Program-made: the position numbers and the translations under genes
Notes under the pieces: model-generated
The model's database searches: none
What the model was told of the DNA's origin: nothing
The model's input: only the letters and a program-made list of their open reading frames with translations
Assembly (NCBI GenBank): GCA_963780225.1
Contig: CAWAAX010000026.1
Span: 187,997 to 251,996 of the forward strand
Direction: 5' to 3'
Source of the DNA: an uncultured bacterium
Lineage (GTDB): Bacteria > Edwardsbacteria > AC1 > EtOH8
Length of the DNA stretch: 64,000 nucleotides
Shown: positions 48,105-59,200 of the stretch, piece by piece
How the letters are laid out: every line of letters starts with the position of its first letter
Position numbering within the stretch: position 1 is the stretch's first letter

Positions 48105-49256
48105 TCACACCACCACCCTCGGCAGCAGGGGATTGATCCTGGTCACCACCTCGTAGTTGATGGTCCCGATCCACTGGGCCAGCTGTTCGGCGGAAAGTTG
48201 CTCCCTGCCCTGCTTTCCCAGCAGCACTACCTCGTCCTCGGGCTTGACCCCCTTAATGTCGGTGATGTCGGCCATGCACAGGTTCATGCAGACCCGGCCC
48301 CGGATGGGGGCCCGCTTTCCCTTGATCAGCACGTAGGCGGTGTTGGAAAGTTTCCGGTCGTAGCCGTCGTAATAGCCCACCGGCAGCACCGCGATCCTGG
48401 TCCTGCGGCTGGTCCTGAAGGTGCAGCCGTAGCCTATGTATTCCCCGGCCGCCACCGTTTTCACCTGAGCCACCCGGGTCTTCCAGGACAGCACCGGCTC
48501 CAGTCTGAATTCCGACCCCTGCTCCTTAAGCGAGACCATGGTCTCGCGCGAGGGCCACAGCCCGTAAAGCCCGATGCCGATCCGGGCCAGCTGCAGCCTG
48601 GTCTGGGGAAATACCAGCGAGGCCGCGGTGCAGGCGATATGGTTGACCTGGGCCTTAAAACCTTTTTTCTCCAATTCCTCTATCATCTTTTGGTAGCGCA
48701 AAAGCTGGCGGCCGGCAAAGCTTCTATCGGTGGTGTCCTCGATGTTGGCGAAGTGGGTGGAATAGCCTTCCAGCACCAGGTTCCCAGAGATCTTGATCAT
48801 TTTAGCCAGCAGCAGCGCGCCTTTCAGATCAACCCCCTGGCGGTTGGTGCCGGTCTCTAATTTTATGTGGAGGTATACCTTCTTTTTGGTTTTCAATGAA
48901 CTCAGTTTCCGGACTGTCGCAATATTGTAGACCGTCAGGCGCAAGTCATGAAGAACCGCGTCCGGCAGCCTTTCCAGGGGTACGTAGCCCAGCACCAGCA
49001 ACGGAAGCCTTATCCCCTGGCGGCGCAGGGCCAGTCCCTCGTCCACCGAGTTTACCGCCAGCCAGCCGGCCATTTTGGAATCCTGGATCATGCCGGCCGC
49101 CTGAAACGCTCCGTGTCCGTAAGCATTGGACTTGACCACCGGGCAAAGTTTTGTGCCCTGCCCCAGCAGGCTACGGAAGGCCTGCAGATTCTTAAGCAGG
49201 GATTTTTTGCTGAGCTCAACCCAGATCAGGTGTTTATTTATCGCGGTTTTTTGCAT
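48105..49256 (-). CDS. alr: Alanine racemase
   Basis: VVKSNAYGHG, HIKLETGTNRQG, R.GIGLYG, GYYDG, GRVCM, GTINYE. Confidence 0.95.
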   Translation of the reverse strand: MQKTAINKHLIWVELSKKSLLKNLQAFRSLLGQGTKLCPVVKSNAYGHGAFQAAGMIQDSKMAGWLAVNSVDEGLALRRQGIRLPLLVLGYVPLERLPDAVLHDLRLTVYNIATVRKLSSLKTKKKVYLHIKLETGTNRQGVDLKGALLLAKMIKISGNLVLEGYSTHFANIEDTTDRSFAGRQLLRYQKMIEELEKKGFKAQVNHIACTAASLVFPQTRLQLARIGIGLYGLWPSRETMVSLKEQGSEFRLEPVLSWKTRVAQVKTVAAGEYIGYGCTFRTSRRTRIAVLPVGYYDGYDRKLSNTAYVLIKGKRAPIRGRVCMNLCMADITDIKGVKPEDEVVLLGKQGREQLSAEQLAQWIGTINYEVVTRINPLLPRVVV

Positions 49257-49423
49257 GGTATAAAGTGTCCTTACAGTGGAAATTTTATGATTTAGTCCGC
49301 ATTTCATATATTCTACTACTTTTATGGCCTGTGATGCAATAATATTTAAAAAAAAGAAAAATAACTATTGCTTTTTAAGCCAAAATATGATAAAAACTAA
49401 TATTAAAGCACAAGTTAAGCAAA

Positions 49424-49702
49424 ATGACGGAACCTACCAATAATTCATTGCCTTCGCCCAGCATGGAATCTCTGTTTTATATGCTGGCCACTTCGGCCTT
49501 GGTGAACTTGGGCGAAGTACCTAACCCGATGGATCAGCAGAAGAAGATCGACCTGGTAATGGCCTGCCACAACATCGATACTATCACATTATTGCAGGAA
49601 AAGACCAGGGGGAACCTGACTCCGGCCGAAAATCGGTTGTGCATGGAGATACTTAACGAGCTGCGGCTTAAATACGCCGCGGCTTCGCAAGTAAAGAAAT
49701 AA
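49424..49702 (+). CDS. DUF1844-like protein
   Basis: LG..PNP, A...ID.I.LLQEKTRGNL...E, ELRLKY. Confidence 0.8.
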   Translation: MTEPTNNSLPSPSMESLFYMLATSALVNLGEVPNPMDQQKKIDLVMACHNIDTITLLQEKTRGNLTPAENRLCMEILNELRLKYAAASQVKK

Positions 49703-49724
49703 AAACTTTTAGGAGGAAAGCATC

Positions 49725-50897
49725 ATGTCCCAGAAGAGGTTTGGGTTTTTCCTTATCGTCGCTGCGGTTATGGCCTTTTGGGGCTTTACCGCCCGGGCGC
49801 AGGATGGCAAGACCACTCATACGGTAGTGTTGGACGAGACCCTGCACGGTCTGGCCGAACAGTATCTCGGCAACCCGGCATCCTGGCCCATAATCTATAA
49901 TGCCAACAAAGACAAGATCGAAGATCCGCACTGGATATTTCCCGGGCAGGAATTGATCATTCCCCTGACCCCCGAAGCCATGGCCGCCGCCCCGGATACC
50001 TCCAAGGTTATGACGCCGGCAGCGGTTGACACCACACCGGTCCAGGTTCAGGCTGCTCCGGAACCGGAACTAGAACCAGAACCGGAACCCGAGCCCGAGC
50101 CGGAACCCGAGCCGCAAACCGCGGGACCGGTTAAAAGCTCTGGCGGCCAGGTAGTGGTCAAGAAACTCATTATTCCGGTGGTTTCCGAGGAACTGGTCTT
50201 CTCCTCGGGCTACATCACGACCGAAGAGGAGAAGCCCCTGGCTTACATCAACGGCGCCGACAAGCCCATCAGCGATTACCTGATGCCCAACGATGTCGTT
50301 TACATAACGGCCGGAAGCAACAGCGGCCTTAATGTTGGCGATACCCTCACCATCTACCGTATAGGCGAAAAGGTCTCCCATCCCCAAAGCGGCAAGAATC
50401 TGGGCAAGATCGTGACCATCGTGGGACTGGTCCGGTTGACCGAAGTGGGACCGCAGTCGGGCAAGGCCAAAATTATCAGCAGCATAGAAGCCATTTCCCG
50501 CAAGGAAATGCTTAAGCGTTACGAAAAATTCAATGTACCCAAAGTCATCATGGGCGACCCCTTGCTGGCTGTGGCCAAGACCCCGGAAGGTTATATCGTA
50601 GCCACCAAATCCCCGATTGAAGCGGCTACCGCCTACCGGGTGGTCTTTCTGGACAAGGGGACCGATGACGGCATCGGCATAGGGGATGTTTTCGAGATAT
50701 ACCGTCTGCAGGGCAAGATGTCCAACCCCGCCGGAGGAGGCAACGTTGAGAAGCTGGAAGCAGTGATCGGCACCGTCCAGGTGCTGAATCCCCGCCTGGC
50801 CACCTGCTCGGCTTATATAACTAATTCGACACTGGAGGACATCAAGGCAGGAGACCGTATCCGATTGATAAAAAAGGTCCCGATCAGCAGCAACTAA
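49725..50897 (+). CDS. LysM peptidoglycan-binding protein with (PE)n linker
   Basis: Signal peptide, HTV..DETL..LA..YLG....WP.IY.AN...I.DPHWIFPGQ. Confidence 0.85.
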   Translation: MSQKRFGFFLIVAAVMAFWGFTARAQDGKTTHTVVLDETLHGLAEQYLGNPASWPIIYNANKDKIEDPHWIFPGQELIIPLTPEAMAAAPDTSKVMTPAAVDTTPVQVQAAPEPELEPEPEPEPEPEPEPQTAGPVKSSGGQVVVKKLIIPVVSEELVFSSGYITTEEEKPLAYINGADKPISDYLMPNDVVYITAGSNSGLNVGDTLTIYRIGEKVSHPQSGKNLGKIVTIVGLVRLTEVGPQSGKAKIISSIEAISRKEMLKRYEKFNVPKVIMGDPLLAVAKTPEGYIVATKSPIEAATAYRVVFLDKGTDDGIGIGDVFEIYRLQGKMSNPAGGGNVEKLEAVIGTVQVLNPRLATCSAYITNSTLEDIKAGDRIRLIKKVPISSN

Positions 50898-50928
50898 AAC
50901 TTTAACCTCTGAAGCAAAGCAAGCACAA

Positions 50929-51120
50929 ATGGCCGCACAAAAAAAACTGATAGGAGAGATTTTAGTCTCGCTGGGATATGTTACGGTGGAGCACATCAAT
51001 GAAGCCCGGCTCCATCAGATGCAGCAAGGGGGAAAGAAGATAGGTGAGTGTTTGGTGGAGTTGGGATATCTGGAACATGAGGACGTTAAGCGGGCTCTTT
51101 CTCTCCAGGATATTGATTAG
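50929..51120 (+). CDS. Stand-alone MshEN-like (c-di-GMP-binding) domain protein
   Basis: Two tandem IGExLVxLGY...Q motifs separated by a short linker. Confidence 0.7.
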   Translation: MAAQKKLIGEILVSLGYVTVEHINEARLHQMQQGGKKIGECLVELGYLEHEDVKRALSLQDID

Positions 51121-51152
51121 TACGGCCCCAATAAATTTCCAACAGAGGTATT

Positions 51153-51632
51153 ATGTCCCCGGTAAATAAAAGTTCAGAATTGTTACGCAAGGTTTATTTG
51201 TTCAACGATCTTTCCCAGCCGGAGCTGGAAAAGATAATGGGCCTGGCTTACGATAAGAGCTACGATAAGGAAACGGCCGTATTTCAGGAGGGCGAGATCG
51301 GCGACGCCTTTTACATCGTGACCGAGGGCGAGGTCAGGATCTCCACCATGGTGCCGGGGGTGGGCGAGGAGGCCCTGAAGATCCTGCGCCCCGGGGATTA
51401 TTTCGGAGAGATGTCCCTGATCGATGATTTTCCCCGTTCGGCTGCGGCCATTGCCCACCAGGGGCCGGTAAAGCTGCTGGCCATTTACAAACGGGATTTC
51501 AAAAAGATGCTCTCCGAGGATAAGGAACTGGCCTACAAACTGCTTTCGGTTTTCATTAAAACCCTTTCGGGCCGTTTGCGGGAGACCAATGAAAAGCTGA
51601 AGAGCATTTTTGCCATGGCCAAGTCTTTTTAA
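51153..51632 (+). CDS. Stand-alone cyclic-nucleotide-binding protein
   Basis: VFQEGE.GD.FYIV.EGEV, YFGEMSLIDDFPRSA. Confidence 0.88.
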   Translation: MSPVNKSSELLRKVYLFNDLSQPELEKIMGLAYDKSYDKETAVFQEGEIGDAFYIVTEGEVRISTMVPGVGEEALKILRPGDYFGEMSLIDDFPRSAAAIAHQGPVKLLAIYKRDFKKMLSEDKELAYKLLSVFIKTLSGRLRETNEKLKSIFAMAKSF

Positions 51633-51647
51633 ACTCAAAACCATTTG

Positions 51648-51688
51648 CCAAACGAGGTTGAATTTATTTCGGCCTCGTTTTGGTTTTT
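51648..51688 (+). terminator. Probable terminator
   Basis: AAACGAGGTTGAA...TTCGGCCTCGTTT followed by a T tract. Confidence 0.55.
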
Positions 51689-51980
51689 ACGGGGGCGGCC
51701 TGGGGGCGGACAGGAGCGCCTCCGCTGAGGCCTTAGCTAAAGCTAGTGCCTCCGCTAAAGCTTTGGCACTCGAGGCGGCCAAATATTAAAGCGTAAGCGG
51801 ACGGCCCCCAAGGGAAGGCAAGCAGGTAGCGTAAGCGAAAGCTTCGGCGCTTGAAGAAGTCCGGCTTTGAAGCGCAAGCGGATTTACAGGATTTCAAGCT
51901 AGCTCCGGGGGATAATTGCTAAACAACATTGACCCAGTTTTCTTGGGTCAACGCTTCAAAATATTATTCAAGAGGAAGAA

Positions 51981-52388
51981 ATGCGAAAATTTCTAATTAT
52001 AACGATGGCGGCCGCTGTTATGCTGTCCGCTGGATGCTGCCGACAGGGAGTGGGGACGGTGAAGCCTTATAAGTTACGCCTGTCGGAACTGACCAGAGAA
52101 CAAGGCAAATACGACGGCAAATTGGTGCAGGTAAAAGGAGTGCTGAGTAATTCGGGAATAAATTATTTTACCGACCTCAAGATCACCCTCAGCGACGGCC
52201 AGGGGAACAGCATCCGGGTCCAGCCCTGGCTGCCCATATCGGTGCCTCCGCCCCGCCCCGGCGGACCAAGGAACCGGCCGGCCCTGCTGTCGGATTATCT
52301 GGGGAAAAGCATCAGGCTGGTTGGAAAGTGGGTAAGACAGGAAGAGGGATTTGTTTTACAGGTGGAGAAGGCCGAGCCGGTGGAATAG
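51981..52388 (+). CDS. Hypothetical lipoprotein, possibly OB-fold-like
   Basis: SAGC lipobox; Y.GK.V.VKG motif. Confidence 0.65.
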   Translation: MRKFLIITMAAAVMLSAGCCRQGVGTVKPYKLRLSELTREQGKYDGKLVQVKGVLSNSGINYFTDLKITLSDGQGNSIRVQPWLPISVPPPRPGGPRNRPALLSDYLGKSIRLVGKWVRQEEGFVLQVEKAEPVE

Positions 52389-52576
52389 CCACTTTTTAAA
52401 AATGGTGGTTAACGATCCGGCATTCTTTGGGATGGAGGTATAACTCGAGGTTAAGGCCGTCAGGGATTGGTTTGAAGGACGAAGGTGCGTTTAATCCGGA
52501 CTTTCGGCGGTGTGGTCTTCCGGTAACGGATGACGACAGCGGGATTCCGGGCAACCAATAAAGTGATAACAGAACC

Positions 52577-55500
52577 ATGAAACACCTAAATACCTTCCTG
52601 CTGTTAGTGGTGCTGGCCCGGGCAGGCGATGTATACGGGGCCACCTGGATCGGAGTCCGTCTTGAACAGCCGCAGGTCAAACTGCTGGCAGATCGCACAG
52701 GATCGGTAACTTTTGAGATACTGCCGGGCGGGTTCAAGTTGGGCCGGGCGGAGATCAATGGCAAGGAGTATGCCACGATCGAAATGCCCGGTGCCGGAAC
52801 CAGCCTTACCAAGGGATCTCCCGAGCTTCCCGTGCTCGCCCAAAGCGTGATCATTCCCGATGCCGGCGGAGCCGATATCAAGCTGGTATCGATCGAAACC
52901 TCGCGGATGAAGTGTCCGCCGCCGGTTCCTTCTAAAGGCAATCTGTATCGCGACATTGATCCTCAAACCGTTCCCTATTCCTTTGGGCCCGTTTATGGAT
53001 CGGCTGCAGTGTATCCCGCCGGCCCGGCCAGATTATCCCTGCCGTTCATTCTGCGCGATTTTCGGGCAGCCACGGTTCAGCTATTCCCGGTACAATATGA
53101 TTTTGCCAAAGGCGAGTTGATCATTATCCAACGGGTGGTAGTGGAAGTCTTGACGAACCGGTCTCCGGAAACCAATGCGCTGCGGCGGAGTTCGAATGCG
53201 ATCGATCGTGAGTTTCAACCTCTGTACCAGAGCCTGTTCCTTAATTACGTACCTCAGGCGGTTAAATACGATACGCTGGCCGAGACCGGGCTCAAGATGC
53301 TGGTCATCACTGCCGATGCATACCGCACCAACCTGCAGCCGCTGGTAGAGTGGAAACGGCGCAAGGGTTATCAGGTCAAGGTGGTCAACGTGTCAACGGT
53401 CGGAAATAATGCGGCCAGCATCAAGAATTACATCCAGAACGAATACGACACAAACCGCCCGAGCTATGTTTTATTAGTGGGCGAGGCCACCGAGGTGGCT
53501 CCGGGCGTGGGCACGGAAGGAACCGCCAGTGGGGAGACATCGGACCCGATCTATAGCCTGCTGGCCGGAGCGGATAACTATCCTGACATATTCATCGGGC
53601 GCTTCTCGGCCGGCTCAGCCGCACACGTCGATGTCCAGGTCGCCAAATCGATCAGCTATGAACGCACACCCCAGATCGGCGGGACCTGGTATAGCACTGC
53701 AGTGGGCATTGCCAGCAACGAAGATGGTGGTGCAAGTATTTACGATTCCACCCGGATGAACTGGCTCCGGGACACTTTGTTGACATACGGATACACGGCG
53801 GTTGACAAGATATATCAGGGCACTTTGGACGGCACCGCTGCGGCAATCACAAACTCCGTCAACGCCGGCCGGGGACTGGTTAATTACATAGGGCATGGTT
53901 CCCAGACCAGCTGGGCCAGCGTTATCTATACGGTATTCGACGTACAGACCCTGGCTAACGACAATCTTCTTCCGGTGGTCAATTCCGTGGCTTGCGTGGT
54001 GGGCGATTTCGCCGGGACCGAAGAGTGCTTCTGCGAGGCCTGGCAGTGGGCCGGTACAGCCGACCTGCCAACGGGCTCGGTTGTACATTACGGCTCTTCC
54101 ATCAACCAGTCGTGGGTGCCGCCATGCTTGTCGCAACGCGAGGCGACCAACCTGATCGCCAAGGGAATCCAAGTGACGGCCGGAGGGTTCTTTTACAATG
54201 GCTCGTGCCGGATGATGGAGATCTGCGCCGACAGCTTGGATCCAGCGATCGACATGTTCCAAGCCTGGCACATCTTTGGTGACGCTTCGGTGCCGATCCG
54301 GACGACAACTCCCAAGCAGCTGGCCGTGACGCATTCGGCAATGATCCCGGCCGCGCCCGGCGTAAACCTGACGGTGCATGTAGGGTTGCAGGGCAGCGGA
54401 ACGCCGGTTGCCATGGCATTGGTGTGCGCCACATTGAAGTCGGATACTTTGTTTCAGTCCACCGGCTATACGAATGTTTCGGGAGATGTGGTCCTGCCGA
54501 TCAGCACCAGCCAGATTGATTCGGTGTTTCTTACTGTTACCGGATTCAATTTGGTTCCCTACGAGGGCATAGTTCCAGTAATAGCGCCGCCGGCGTACGT
54601 TACCCACCTGAAGCACACAATCAGCGACGCAGCGGGGAACAATGACGGAGTGGCCAACCCCGGGGAAACGGTGCAACTGCCGACGTGGGTGAAAAACTAC
54701 GGGATATCCCAGGCGGATAATGTAACGGCGATCCTGCGGACCTTAAGCCTGAACGGGACGATGACGGCGGACAGCAGTTACTTCTTTGGAACCATCAACG
54801 CTGGCGACTCAGCCTACTACGGTTCGGGCTTCGGGGTGCTGGTGAACCCGGCGGATACCAACGGAACGGCGATCCCGCTGACGCTGGAATGCCGGGACGG
54901 GAACGACAGCGTTTGGAACTCCAGCTTCTCGTTGACGGTGGGGACGGCAATGCTGGCGTTCGAGAGCAAAGCGGGGCGCTTTTACCCGAATGAAGCAACA
55001 AAGCTAACGGTAAATCTGAAGAACAACGGGCTGGGCTATAGCTACAACACCCAAGCCGTGCTGCGGTGCGGCAACCTGCTGGTAACGATCACCGATTCCA
55101 CCGCCGGATACGGGACGATCAACCCCGGGGCGGTGGGGACGGGATCGGACTCGTTCACGGTGGCGGTGGGGGCCGTTCCGGCGGGGACCGTTATAGAACT
55201 GACGCTGGTGATGAAAGCAACCGGGACCAGCGACCGGATGTACAACTGGAACGAAACGGTGGGTGATTTGCGGTACCAGCCGACGCCGGACAACACGGCG
55301 GGAACGCCTTGGTACTATGCAGTGGAGGATTCTGACGGGGTGGGGCGGGCGCCGGTGTACCAGTGGGCGGAGATCCGGCCGATCGGGACGCAGTTGACGC
55401 TGAACGATGATGGTATTGCCTCAGTAACGCTGCCGTTCACGTTCAACTGGTACGGGACGGACTACACGGCGCTGTCGGTGGGCAGCAACGGGTGGATCAG

Positions 55501-56251
55501 CTTCGGGCCGAACAGCAATCCAGGGTACGACAACTTGGCGATCCCGGCGGCGGCGTTTGCGGCGCCGACGGTGTTCCCGCTGTGGAACGACCTTGATGCC
55601 ACTTCCCGGTGGGTGGGCTACTATAATGATGCGGCGAACCACCGGTTCATAGTGGAATACGACAGCATCGTTTATTACAGTACGTTGCTGTTCAACAAGT
55701 TTCAGGTGATCTATTGTGACTCGACGGTCCCAGACCCCTATCATGATGTGGTGATGCAGTATAATCTGTTCACCGACGGCAAGGGGGAGATTTCCCCGGT
55801 ATACCCCAGTGTTGGCTTCCAGCAAAACGGCACCGTTGGCAGCCAGCTGCTGTACAACCACAGCTATGCAAGCACCGCCATGCCCCTGGCAAGCCGCCGG
55901 GCAGTGCGGATCACTCGGCACCTGGAACCTTTGGGGGTGGCTGGCCCCCCGGAGGTGACGCCCGTTATGCCGCAGACGTACCATCTGGGGCTGGCGTACC
56001 CGAACCCGGCGCGAAGCGCGGTAACTATCGCCTACCAACTGCCGAAGGCGGAACTGGTGGAACTGGCGGTGTACAACATTGCGGGACAGAAGGTGAAGAC
56101 GCTGGCCAAAGGCGTGATGATGTCGGGCAAACACACGGTGCGGTGGGACGGCCGGGACGAGTCGGGCCAGCGGGTATCGGCCGGGATATACCTGTACCGG
56201 TTGACGACACCGGGCTGCTCGCGGATCGGCAAGCTGAGCATAGTCAAGTAA
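52577..56251 (+). CDS. Peptidase C25 (gingipain-like, Rgp-type) with propeptide, Ig-like domains and FlgD-Ig/T9SS-like CTD
   Basis: YVLLVG, IGRFS, NYIGHGS (His), SVACVVGDF (Cys), SINQSW, FGD; C-terminal YPNP...VYNIAGQ...WDG.D. Confidence 0.9.
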   Translation: MKHLNTFLLLVVLARAGDVYGATWIGVRLEQPQVKLLADRTGSVTFEILPGGFKLGRAEINGKEYATIEMPGAGTSLTKGSPELPVLAQSVIIPDAGGADIKLVSIETSRMKCPPPVPSKGNLYRDIDPQTVPYSFGPVYGSAAVYPAGPARLSLPFILRDFRAATVQLFPVQYDFAKGELIIIQRVVVEVLTNRSPETNALRRSSNAIDREFQPLYQSLFLNYVPQAVKYDTLAETGLKMLVITADAYRTNLQPLVEWKRRKGYQVKVVNVSTVGNNAASIKNYIQNEYDTNRPSYVLLVGEATEVAPGVGTEGTASGETSDPIYSLLAGADNYPDIFIGRFSAGSAAHVDVQVAKSISYERTPQIGGTWYSTAVGIASNEDGGASIYDSTRMNWLRDTLLTYGYTAVDKIYQGTLDGTAAAITNSVNAGRGLVNYIGHGSQTSWASVIYTVFDVQTLANDNLLPVVNSVACVVGDFAGTEECFCEAWQWAGTADLPTGSVVHYGSSINQSWVPPCLSQREATNLIAKGIQVTAGGFFYNGSCRMMEICADSLDPAIDMFQAWHIFGDASVPIRTTTPKQLAVTHSAMIPAAPGVNLTVHVGLQGSGTPVAMALVCATLKSDTLFQSTGYTNVSGDVVLPISTSQIDSVFLTVTGFNLVPYEGIVPVIAPPAYVTHLKHTISDAAGNNDGVANPGETVQLPTWVKNYGISQADNVTAILRTLSLNGTMTADSSYFFGTINAGDSAYYGSGFGVLVNPADTNGTAIPLTLECRDGNDSVWNSSFSLTVGTAMLAFESKAGRFYPNEATKLTVNLKNNGLGYSYNTQAVLRCGNLLVTITDSTAGYGTINPGAVGTGSDSFTVAVGAVPAGTVIELTLVMKATGTSDRMYNWNETVGDLRYQPTPDNTAGTPWYYAVEDSDGVGRAPVYQWAEIRPIGTQLTLNDDGIASVTLPFTFNWYGTDYTALSVGSNGWISFGPNSNPGYDNLAIPAAAFAAPTVFPLWNDLDATSRWVGYYNDAANHRFIVEYDSIVYYSTLLFNKFQVIYCDSTVPDPYHDVVMQYNLFTDGKGEISPVYPSVGFQQNGTVGSQLLYNHSYASTAMPLASRRAVRITRHLEPLGVAGPPEVTPVMPQTYHLGLAYPNPARSAVTIAYQLPKAELVELAVYNIAGQKVKTLAKGVMMSGKHTVRWDGRDESGQRVSAGIYLYRLTTPGCSRIGKLSIVK

Positions 56252-56293
56252 GCAGGGGATAGTCCTTCAGCAACAATTGTGAAAGGGACCGAC

Positions 56294-59200
56294 ATGAAAC
56301 ATCGGGAGACGCTCGTCCTGGGGCTTGCCTTGCTTTCATTAGCTGCCGGCAGTTACGCAGGGGAGCTGGTGCAAACGGTTACGTTCAAGCAGCAGGATTT
56401 GTCCTTCAGCCGGGTCGACGGGTACGACCGGGTCAACTTGGCAGGAGTGCCGGCGATCAACGCCGTAGGCGCGCCGCGCTTGCCATGCCTGGTGCAGGCG
56501 CTGGTGATCCCGGCCGGGGCTGTCGTTACCGGAGTCGACATCATATCGACCGACGAGCGGGTGCTGGACGGATCGTATGCCATTATCCCCTCCCAAAAGG
56601 CAGTGCCTCTACCGATGCCTGGTAAAATATTCAAGCCCGAGGCGCCGAAACCTGACCCGGCGATCTACGGCCGTAACGCCGTCTATCCGGAGGTGATGGT
56701 AAAGGGACTGACCACCGGTAGTCTGGGCGGATACCGGATAGGTCATGCCGCTATTTCACCTCTGCGCTACAACCCGGTCACTAAAAAACTCTATCTCAGC
56801 GAGCGCATCACCTATCGCGTTCTCTTCCAGGAAAGCCAGGTAAAGGCGACCATTCCCACCAAGGATCAGCAGGGGATTTTCGGACAGCAGGCGAAAATGC
56901 TGGTAGCCAACCCGGGCGATGTCGACCTATTCGCCCCGCAGATCAGCCTCACCGCCTCCAAGGTCCTGCCGGCCGGCGATTATCGCAGCCTGATCATATC
57001 CGGCTCGGCCGCTTTCGACAGCGTTTTTGCCCGTCTGGCCTATTGGCACACCAAGAAGGGCTACCGCGACACGGTGGTCAATGTTTCCTCCATCTACAGC
57101 GTTTACCCCGGTTATGATGACGCCGAAAAGATCCGCAACTTCATCATTGACGCCAGGAACATTTGGGGCACGGTGTTCGTGTTGCTGGCCGGCCAGGGAG
57201 ACGATCTTAACGCCGGACAGAATCTGATCCCAGCCCGGCATGCCTACTATACTACGTTTACTACCGGTGGCTTCCCGGACGATAGCCAGATTCCGTCCGA
57301 CTGGTATTATTCCGATCTGGACGGCACCTGGGACGCCAATGGCAACCATATTTACGGCGAGCTGGGTGACGATGTCAACCTGTACTCCGACGTTTTCGTG
57401 GGCCGGGCGCCGGTGTTGAACGTGGCCCAGGCCCAGAATTTTGTGGCTAAGACTTTAACTTACGAAAAAAACAATCCCGGCGGATATGTTACCACAATGC
57501 TTCTGCCAGCGGCCATACTTTGGGAAGAATATGAAGAGCGGCCGACCCAGCGGGCGATTGCCGCGATGACCCCGGCCGGCTGGAGCATCGACACCCTGTT
57601 CGAGCGCAATGAGGCACTATCGGATGGGGCAATGGTGGCCATTATGGATTTCGGTGCTGGCCTGGGACACTGGCTGAGCCATGGCAACGAGAACGGCGTT
57701 TACTACGTGCCAGGGGCGTATTACAGTTCTGCCGATGCCGATGCCGCCAACAACGGCGATAACCAGGGGGTGCACATCTCGAGCGCCTGTTTAACCGGCG
57801 CCATGGACGAGGTGCCGGGCGGTGACTGCCTGGCCGAGCATATCATCAACCGGGCCGGAGGCGGGGCGGTGGGCGTGATGATGAACTCGCGCTATGGCTG
57901 GGGAGACCCACCGGACATGGGCACTTCGGAGCGGATAGACACCACCTTCTTTAACCGAATTTTCTTCGGTGATATATACCACCAGGGGCAGGCCCTGACG
58001 GCGGCCAAGAACGCCTGGGTTCCGGAAGCGATAGCTGAGGGCGGGGATGGGGTAATGCGCTGGTGTCTGTATGAACTGAACTGCTTTGGAGACCCGGCCC
58101 TGCCAATATTGACCGGCGACCCGGTGGCGTTGACCGTAAACCATCCGGCCTCGGCCCTGATCGGATATACCGATTACACGGTCAGTGTAAGCGACGAGGT
58201 CAAAACTCCGGTGCAGGGCGCTTTGGTGTGTTTGATGACCGAGTCCAAAGACAGTTACGTCTATGACACCACCGATGCCTCGGGCAGCGTAACCCTTCAA
58301 ATGTATACGATCACAGCCGGGCAGATGATGCATGTCACCGTTACGGCCAGGGACCATCAGCCCTACGAGGGCCTGGTTCCGGTGATAGCGCCGGCGGCGT
58401 ACATCGCCCACCTGAAGCACACGATCAGCGATGCAGCGGGGAACAACGACGGAGTGGCCAACCCCGGGGAAACGGTGCAACTGCCGACGTGGGTGAAAAA
58501 CTACGGGATATCCCAGGCGGCCAATGTAACGGCGATCCTGCGGACCTTGAGCCCGAACGGGACAGTGACGGCGGACAGCAACTACTCCTTTGGGACCATC
58601 GTCGCCGGCGACTCGGCCTACTACGGCCCGGGCTTCGGGTTGCTGGTGAACCCGGCGGACACCAATGGAACGGCGATCCCGCTGACGCTGGAATGCCGGG
58701 ACGGGAACGACAGCGTTTGGACCTCCAGCTTCTCTTTGACGGTGGGAACGGCGGCGCTGGCGTTCGAAAGCAAAGCGGGGCGCTTTTACCCGAATGAAGC
58801 AACAAAGCTAACGGTAAATCTGAAGAACAACGGGCTGGGCTATAGCTACAACACCCAAGCCGTGCTGCGGTGCGGCAACCTGCTGGTAACGATCACCGAT
58901 TCCACCGCCGGATACGGGACGATCAACCCCGGGGCGGTGGGGACGGGATCGGACTCGTTCACGGTGGCGGTGGGGGCCGTTCCGGCGGGGACCGTTATAG
59001 AACTGACGCTGGTGATGAAAGCAACCGGGACCAGCGACCGGATGTACAACTGGAACGAAACGGTGGGTGATTTGCGGTACCAGCCGACGCCGGACAACAC
59101 GGCGGGAACGCCTTGGTACTATGCAGTGGAGGATTCTGACGGGGTGGGGCGGGCGCCGGTGTACCAGTGGGCGGAGATCCGGCCGATCGGGACGCAGTTG

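Noticed and set aside
50058..50114. Phase-variable hexamer repeat in the LysM gene
   Set aside because: In-frame (PE)n linker with mixed codons; length changes would not shift the frame
52430..52560. c-di-GMP-I riboswitch upstream of the protease array
   Set aside because: Only a partial 3' resemblance (GGTCT...GACAGCGGG); GCAAAC/GAAA/GCAAAG elements are missing; needs an Infernal/Rfam scan
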